Assembly: GCF_009914755.1 (NCBI RefSeq)
Contig: NC_060940.1
DNA: 64,000 nucleotides
Origin: the human T2T-CHM13v2.0 reference genome, Homo sapiens
Reading direction: 5' to 3' (one strand)
The translations under genes and the position numbers were made by a program. How positions within the stretch are numbered: the first letter of the stretch is position 1; each line of letters starts with the position of its first letter. Of the stretch, positions 1 to 64,000 are shown one piece after another. Below the pieces are notes generated by a model that was given only the letters and a program-made list of their open reading frames with translations, searched no databases and had not been told where the DNA came from.

Positions 1-711
<711 letters not shown>

Positions 712-763
712 GGCCGGGGCCCTCCCTCCTGCACTGGCCTTGGACGGTATTGCCTGTCAGTGA

Positions 764-773
764 AATAAATAAA
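764..773 (+). terminator. TSC2: TSC2 polyadenylation signal (overlapping AATAAATAAA)
   Basis: Two overlapping AATAAA hexamers starting ~50 nt after the stop codon. Confidence 0.9.
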
Positions 774-826
774 GTCCTGACCCCAGTGCACAGACATAGA
801 GGCACAGATTGCAGTCAGACAGCTCT

Positions 827-832
827 TTTATT
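827..832 (-). terminator. PKD1: PKD1 polyadenylation signal
   Basis: TTTATT on + = AATAAA on -, ~1.0 kb after the PKD1 stop. Confidence 0.9.
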
Positions 833-966
833 GACTTTGTCTGCTTGGTGCGGGGGTTGGGGGGGTGTCGAGGCTCTAGAAGCGGCCATGCCCACAGAAG
901 TGGTACACAGAAGCAGGCACAGCCAGCTCCGAGGGCCTTGAGGCTGCCTGGGCCATACAGCACACT

Positions 967-1006
967 CGTGCGTGCGCGCGCGCGCACACACACACACACA
1001 CACACA
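967..1006. repeat. (CG)5(CA)11 compound microsatellite in the PKD1 3'UTR (KG8 marker)
   Basis: 40 bp of strictly alternating pyrimidine/purine; the flanks match my recollection of the KG8 intragenic linkage marker. Confidence 0.85.
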
Positions 1007-1604
1007 GTCACCTTCCTCCACCCTGGGAGCCAGCCCCCAGGAGGAGTCTTTTCCTCTAACCACCCTGGGGTCCTCTGACATGCCTAGTCCTGCTACTTGC
1101 CCAGACCTGATGCCAGCAGGCCTGGGCGCTGCTCTCTTGCTACCTGGCCTGGGGCAAGGGAGGATGACAAGGCCTCTGGGGTGATGAGAGTGCCTGGCAG
1201 ACAGCTGTGCCCCCAGCACCGGCCCAAGGCCATGCTCGCATCCAAGCAGCAGCCGGGCTGCCATAACGCCACCACACCTACCAAGCGCAGCAGGTGTTGG
1301 GGGAGGCCAGCTCTGGGCGCAGGCCCCTCAGCCCTAGTGAAAATAGTGACATACAAAAATATACACATTTTAACACCATATAAATTACTGACACGAGACA
1401 CACAGTGAGACGGTGCAGGGAGTACGGTAGGAACTGGAGAGGTAATAACTTAGGGGCAGGGTGGCGGCGGTGCAGGCTAACCCTCCCTGAAGCCAGCAGC
1501 CTTAGCAGTGGGGGACATCTGCCCAGGGGGTGGGGCCGGGCACAGCCCGCTGTACCTGAGGACTCGGGGAAATAAATTAGCATCTCAGAGGCTAGAAACC
1601 GTCC

Positions 1605-1785
1605 AATACTGCTGTGTCCTTCCCAAGGGAGCTGGGGAGGGGACCCTGGGTCCTGGTTGGCCACACAGCCTCTTTAAAGTGCTGAAGCCCACAGACAGAC
1701 AGATGCCCCTGCCTGCTCTCTGGGGAACCTACGTGCAGCCATTCTGCCTGGCCCTCGGCCTTGACAGCGGCAGAAAGTAATACTG
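1605..1785 (-). promoter_or_regulatory. miRNA seed sites in the PKD1 3'UTR: miR-200b/c/429 (1605-1611, 1778-1785) and miR-17 family 8mer (1675-1682)
   Basis: The mRNA strand reads CAGTATT, CAGTATTA and GCACTTTA; miR-17 and miR-200 repression of PKD1 is established. Confidence 0.8.
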
Positions 1786-1833
1786 AGCGGTGTCCACTCC
1801 GACTCCACGGCCCACCCCCGCCAGGAAGGAGGA

Positions 1834-50163
<48,330 letters not shown>

Positions 50164-50165
50164 CG

Positions 50166-50250
50166 TTAGGGCAGCGCGCGCATGGCCCCGCCGTCCCCAG
50201 GCCCGCCCGCGCGCGGAGGCCGCAGCTCAGGCGGGGCCCGCGGACGGCAT
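50166..50250 (-). promoter_or_regulatory. Two uORFs in the PKD1 5'UTR: MPSAGPA* (50250-50227) and MRALP* (50183-50166)
   Basis: Both ATGs sit in GCCATG context; the second uORF stops 2 nt before the main ATG. Confidence 0.85.
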
Positions 50251-50450
50251 GGCGGGCGCGGGGCTGGATGGGGCTGCGGCCGCGACCTGCTGCTGAGCGA
50301 CGCCCGCTCGGGGCTCGGGGCCAGGCCGCTCCGGGAGCTCGGCCGCCCGCTCGGACGCTGGCGCTGCAGTGCGGGCCCCGCCGCGGCTCCTCCTCCTCCT
50401 CCCCGCGCGGCGCGGGGCGGACGGGGCGAGGGGGGGCGGGGCGGGTGCAG

Positions 50451-50629
50451 GCTCCGCCCCCTTCGCCACAGCGCGACCGGGCCAGCGATGAGGGACTGGC
50501 ATCCGGAGGCTTCACCCTCCGCTCCACAGGGTCGGCAGCAGGGCGGGGCCTCCGGAAGCTCCGCCCCACGCGTTCCCGGGGCGCATGCGACGTGGGGCGG
50601 AGCGTCTGGAAGCTCCGCCCGTCGCACTG
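50451..50629 (-). ncRNA. MIR3180-5: miR-3180 family hairpin in the PKD1 promoter
   Basis: 3p UGGGGCGGAGCUUCCGGAGGCC (50568-50547) and 5p CUUCCAGACGCUCCGCCCCACGUCG (50612-50588). Confidence 0.75.
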
Positions 50630-51106
50630 CAGAGTCGGCCGAGGCGCACGAGCTATTTTTCACGCTCCGCCCCGCTGCAGGCTAAAGTGCGTGGGCGGGA
50701 AGCGGTGGGCAGGGTGCCATCTGGCTCCGCCCTTCTCCTGTGGTGTGGGCCAGGCGGCGGGTTCCTCCTCCTGCAGCAGCCACAGGCTCCACCCTGATCC
50801 TTCTTCCGCGGTGTGGATCCTTCTCCCGCGATCTCCGTGCGCGGCCCGAGTCAGTACCCGCAGCCTCCCGACGCACCCGCTGGCTCCAAGCCTCCCTACC
50901 CCAGGTTTCCTGGCTGAGAGAGAGACAGAGGGAGAGAGGGGGAAGAGAGAGAACAGGCAATGGGAGGTTGATGGTGAGAGCTTATTGAAAGACAAGAGGG
51001 AGGAAACCCACATCCTTCATTCCCCATCCATTCATTTATTGCCTTATTTATTCCATTGAATCTTCACAGCTCTAGAAAAAGTGTGCTACAATTATTCCCT
51101 TTATTA

Positions 51107-57841
<6,735 letters not shown>

Positions 57842-59301
57842 CTAAGCGGACACCCTCACTCAGCACAGGCGCAGGAAGCCAGCACTGCTGAGAGCAGGCA
57901 ACTGGCTCCGTAGGAGTGAGGATACTGCTCTGACAGCCACAGAGGCGCACATGACTCCCCCGTTAGCTCATCTTCTGTGTGGCAGATCACCTCTGCCGCC
58001 TTCCCGTCTGGGAGCACCTGAGTCACTGTGGTCACGTCTGCAGGCAACAGACAAAGGGTCCCCATTCGGGCAGGGATGGACACCTGTTTGTCCCGACCCA
58101 CCCGGTAGGGCCTCAGGGCCACCATGGTGAGCAGGCTGAAGGGGGGTGACCTCTCAGGAGGACACCAGACTGCTGCACACCTGGACACCGGAGAGAGCTT
58201 ACCTGTGATGTCACCCACGTGCTGGGGTGACTCAGTGCTCCTCTCTCGGGTGGAAGTTGCGTTCAGTGCTGCCGCAGTTCCTCCAACGTCTCCATGGCAA
58301 CGTTCACACGGATTTCATAGAACATAAGGTGTTTGAGCTGGAAGGGACCTCAGAGATCGGCTCCTCCTGCCCCCTCATTTCATGGAGAGGGGAGCAGGCC
58401 CAGACAGGGAATGCCACGTGCCCAGGGGCACATAGCAAGCCGGGGACCCCGCGGAGGGCACAGACCGCTGAGCTCCAGAGGAGGGTCTTGGGAGGTGCCC
58501 TGGGGGCACAGGCCGTGGCGGCTTTGCCACTCCCTGGCTTGCTAAGAGCCCCTTGAAGTCCAACCCAGCTCTCTGCTGCTCAGCCACAGAGCTCTCGCTC
58601 AAGTGCCTGGCGGGAACAGGAGTAGGCAGGACAGGGCCCTGTCCTCAGGAGGCTCCCAGGCTGCTACAGCGGCCATGCAGCCGCTGGGGAAGGGCTGGAG
58701 AGCATCCAGGGAGCCAGAAGTGGGGCAGGAGGAGCCAGGGCAGGCTCCCTTGAGGGTGGGGCTCCAGGCAGAGTCTGGAAGCCTGAGGAGGCCTCACTCG
58801 TGCCTGCGCCCCCTCTCCTGGCACACAAGGGCCAGCCCGAGGGCCCCACTCTGGGGGCAGAGTGTAGGGAAGAGGCTGGAAAATGGAGGCCAGAAAGAGA
58901 CTGTCCTGATCCATGGCTCCCAGGGGTCGTTTTGGCTGGGGGCTCACAGCACACATCCTTCCAGACACCCAGGACGGTCAGAAGGAACTGGCAGGAGTTA
59001 GAGGGCACGGTGTAAGGATGCCAGGGGGCCGGGCCGTCAGAAGGTAACAGGAGCGAAAGTCCCAGAGCAAGGCCCCAAGGAGACCCAGGGCGCTCTCTCC
59101 GCTCGAGGACAGGAACCCGTGGAGACCTTCCCCTCCCTGGAAGAGCCAGCTCTGCACCAGAAGGGTGGGGGGCTGTAGCACCCCTCCCAGGGGAACACGG
59201 ACCTCACTCTCCGCCCCCAGCTCCCAGGGCCCATCTCAAACTCGGACCCTGTCTCAGGGACCTGCCCTGGCCCACAGGACTCCTCTCTTCTCCAGGTCTG
59301 A

Positions 59302-60947
<1,646 letters not shown>

Positions 60948-62899
60948 TCTTTCACCAATTTAATAACTGCTTATGGAGGCCCAGAGCTGGCTGCTGGGGA
61001 CAGCAGTTGACCAAGACAAGCTGCTTCCTGTGCCCGGAGAGCTTACACTCCAGAGGGTGAAACAGATGGCAAACACAGCAACCAAGAGACATAATGATCA
61101 AAGATTCCGAGGCCTGCTGGAAGCCAAGAGAGGGGTCTGTGATGCAGGCACCCAGAGCTCCCCATTTTCAAGAGAAACCAGAGACTTGGATTTTTATGTA
61201 AACTCTCCTAATTTTAAAGGTTGCCAGCGCAAGCCCGTTTCCTCTGCTCTCTCAAGGCTCCCCTCCCCGCCTGGCCTCCCACTTTCTCCAGCGCGCCTGC
61301 CTCCTTCTCTTCCTGGGGGCCCCATCCGCACTCCTCCCCCTGCAGGATGCCCTACTTGCACCCAACTCCTCCTGCTGCCCGCGCCCTGGGGGTACCTGAG
61401 CAGCAGCTGGCAGGACGGGGTCCACTGGACTGGGAGTCCACTGCCCAGGACCCTGGGGCCAGTGCACAGCAGCTGCTGAGGCCCCCAGCTCAGACCCTGG
61501 GCCAGCCATCCTGAAAGAGGCCTTGTAGCGCGGGTGGACACCTGGAGTCCCCAGGGCTGCAGCTGCAGAAGCTAAATGCCTCTACCCAGGCCCAGTGCAC
61601 ACACACTGGGGGTTGGTCTGGAAGAGCTGGGGGGCCAGAGGAGTGAGACAAGGAAGGGTTCTGAGAGGGCTTCCGGGTTTGACCCCCAGCTCTGCCAGGT
61701 TCCTGGGGATTAAGTCTACAGGGATTTCTGCCATGGGACGGTTTATGTTCTCTGGAGCTGGAGATCACAGGAACAAATCCTAGCTCTGCCCTTCCTAGCC
61801 TGCTGACCTTGCACAGGCTCCTTGCCTTTCTGGGCCTCGGTTTCCCCATCTGGACACTGAGGGCAGTACCCACCTTGCAGGATAACTTTGAAGAGGTCGT
61901 GTGCCTGGCACACAACAGTGCTTGCTGTAGGGCAGGCTTCCACGGCCTCTGCCAGGCCCTCTCGAGGAATCACTCTGCTGGGCAGTGCCCCCCATCTGTG
62001 TTTTCTCAGGCCTCTGACCCGAGAGGCAGCCAATTGTTTGGACTCTGGGCACTGCCAGCTGGGAGGGCTCAGGTCTCTGAAGGGCCCAAGGTCCTGGTGA
62101 CAGCTGTCAGGTCTCCGGGGACAGCTGGGTCATCTCTCCAGCTCCCAAAGAAACACCAAGAAGCCCCTGCATGCCAAGGACACCACCCCTCTGGACCACT
62201 GTGCCCCAGCTCTGACCACTGCAGTCCCATCTTCTCTGTGAGAGGGGGTGACAGAGCTCCAGTGCAGCCCAGGTTGGGGAGGTGGGTCTGCCAGGGACCA
62301 GCTTAGGATTTGGAGAATCGGCCCTGGCCACCTGAAGGTCCGAACCTGGAGGAGAAGGACAAGGGGCCAGCCACACAGCCTGGGCAGGGGCCTCTGCTTT
62401 CCACCTTTCAGACCCTGAGGGCAGAGTCCCGTGGGAGGGGACCCTCAGGGGGCCGGGGGCTGGCTGCCACAGCGACTTCCTCCTTCCCGCAGATCCCCAG
62501 GCGTGCACAGCAGGCAGAAGCTGTGGGGGAGATCGCAGCGCCCGCTGTGTCCTCCCGGTGACCAGCTGTCACCTGAGCCCAGGGCGCCTGCCCCAGCAGC
62601 CTGGTGTGTTTGCCAAGCCAGGGCTGGAGCTTCCTGGACCCGCCTACCCTGGAGGGGATGGAGCAGTGAAGGGCACCGGGCCAAGCGCTAGGCATCTGGG
62701 GCTAAGGAGACAGAAGCCCGCGGTGCCCGTCCATGCGGGCCCTCTGCCCCAGCACCCACATCTCAGGACACCCCTTCCTCCCAGGTCTGGCGGTCCAGTT
62801 TGGGGGTCACCGAGCTGGGGTGGTGTGCAGCCAGCAGAGGGGATTCAGGATCCCGGGGTGACTCCTGGCCCAGGCCTGTCACCCCACAGCTGGCTCCTG

Positions 62900-63102
62900 G
62901 CCCCAAGGCAGCCACGGGCAGGGGTCGTGATCGGGGGCGGGACGGGGCCCGGACCTCCTGACCGCCCCCCACCCCCCGCCGAGCGGGGGTGTATTTGCAT
63001 GTCCCCGCCCCACGCACGGCATTGGCGGCGGCGGCGGGAGGCCGGGCCTGAGTGGCTGCGCGCCCGTGGAGCGGCGGGGGCGGGGCGCGAGCCGGGCGCC
63101 CG

Positions 63103-63143
<41 letters not shown>

Positions 63144-63243
63144 GGGGAAGGGTTCGGGTCCGGGTCGGGCTCGGCGGGCGCGGGGTGCGGGACGGCCCAG
63201 GGCACGGCGGCTGCAGCGGGAGCACACTGAGCGCCCGCCCGCC
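62900..63243 (+). promoter_or_regulatory. RAB26: RAB26 CpG-island promoter/5'UTR
   Basis: Octamer ATTTGCAT (62993-63000), GC boxes, inverted CCAAT (63021-63025), high CpG density. Confidence 0.8.
63110..63142 (+). repeat. (GCC)11 trinucleotide repeat
   Basis: Eleven uninterrupted GCC units ~100 nt upstream of the RAB26 ATG. Confidence 0.95.
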
Positions 63244-63438
63244 ATGTCCAGGAAGAAGACCCCCAAGAGCAAAGGGGCCAGCACCCCCGCTGCCTCCACG
63301 CTGCCCACCGCCAACGGGGCCCGACCGGCGCGCTCCGGGACTGCGCTTTCCGGCCCCGACGCGCCGCCCAACGGGCCCTTGCAGCCCGGCCGGCCCTCGC
63401 TTGGCGGCGGTGTCGACTTCTACGACGTCGCCTTCAAG
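63244..63438 (+). CDS. RAB26: Ras-related protein Rab-26, first coding exon (65 aa; gene continues beyond the window)
   Basis: GCCATGT start; MSRKKTPKSKGASTPAAS..GGGVDFYDVAFK followed by donor AAG|gtgagc just before the G1 P-loop. Confidence 0.93.
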
Positions 63439-64000
63439 GTGAGCCAGGCACCCGCCCCCCAGGCCAGCGCAGCAGGTGGCGCCCGGCCTGAGCCAAGGGT
63501 TGGGGGTCGGACAGGGGGTGCAGGGCCCGCGGCCCCAGGGCGCGGAGCCGACGCGGGAGGAACCCCGTGGGGCTTGCACGGTGCATCGTGCACACACAGC
63601 TGTCCATCCCAGGTCTGGGGTATCCAACAGCTGGCAGGGCCTGTCCCCCACCCCCCAGGCGGCATGGTGGCACAAGGGGTCCCGCGCCCCAGTGCCCTGG
63701 CCCCCGCCCGGGGTCTCACCATTTCCCGTATGCTGCCCTCCCTCAACCCAGCGGCTGTGGGCCTTTTTTTTTTTTTTTTTTTTTGCTGGGGGGAAGAGGT
63801 TTGCCAGATGGATGGGGAACCCTGGGACTCCAGACCAAGGCAGAGGCTGTGTGGACTTGGCAGGGGGCTGGGAGGACCATTTTGGGTTTGGTAGCACAGG
63901 TTTCGGGGAGAAGGCCTGACTGCTGCCCACTTGCACCTCCCCCCAACCTCAGACTTGGCCCAGGTCCCTCTTCAGATCGAGATCTGATCCTAATGGGGCA

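Noticed and set aside
62558-63936. Long ORFs over the RAB26 CpG island (294 and 363 aa) and the 216-aa read-through of exon 1
   Set aside because: GC-rich open frames; the real CDS leaves at the 63438 donor.

Overview
Human (primate) GC-rich genomic DNA, recognisable as chromosome 16p13.3. It holds the last four exons of TSC2 (+, 1-~800) and, tail-to-tail with it, the complete 46-exon PKD1 gene (-, ~815-50372). I located every PKD1 coding exon by its GT/AG boundaries; together they give 12,912 nt, i.e. 4303-aa polycystin-1. An Alu-dense intergenic block (51-61 kb) follows, then the CpG-island promoter and first coding exon of RAB26 (+, ATG 63244). Embedded small-RNA loci are MIR1225 (mirtron, intron 45), MIR6511B1 (intron 17), MIR4516 (intron 1) and MIR3180-5 (promoter). 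The sequence carries the full ~2.5-kb intron-21 polypurine/polypyrimidine tract and several alleles I recall as non-reference, so it is probably a long-read (T2T-type) haplotype. The most interesting unexplained signals are: (1) a 59-bp inverted copy of the exon 39/intron 39 splice junction inside intron 37; (2) a perfect 5' splice site recreated at the exon 14/15 junction; (3) a GCC-repeat-encoded poly-proline uORF just upstream of the RAB26 ATG; (4) an in-frame, stop-free mirtron splitting the G-protein activation motif; (5) a GC-box VNTR/CpG island that may drive antisense transcription. Gene, miRNA, repeat-family and variant names come from recognition and memory, not a database search.
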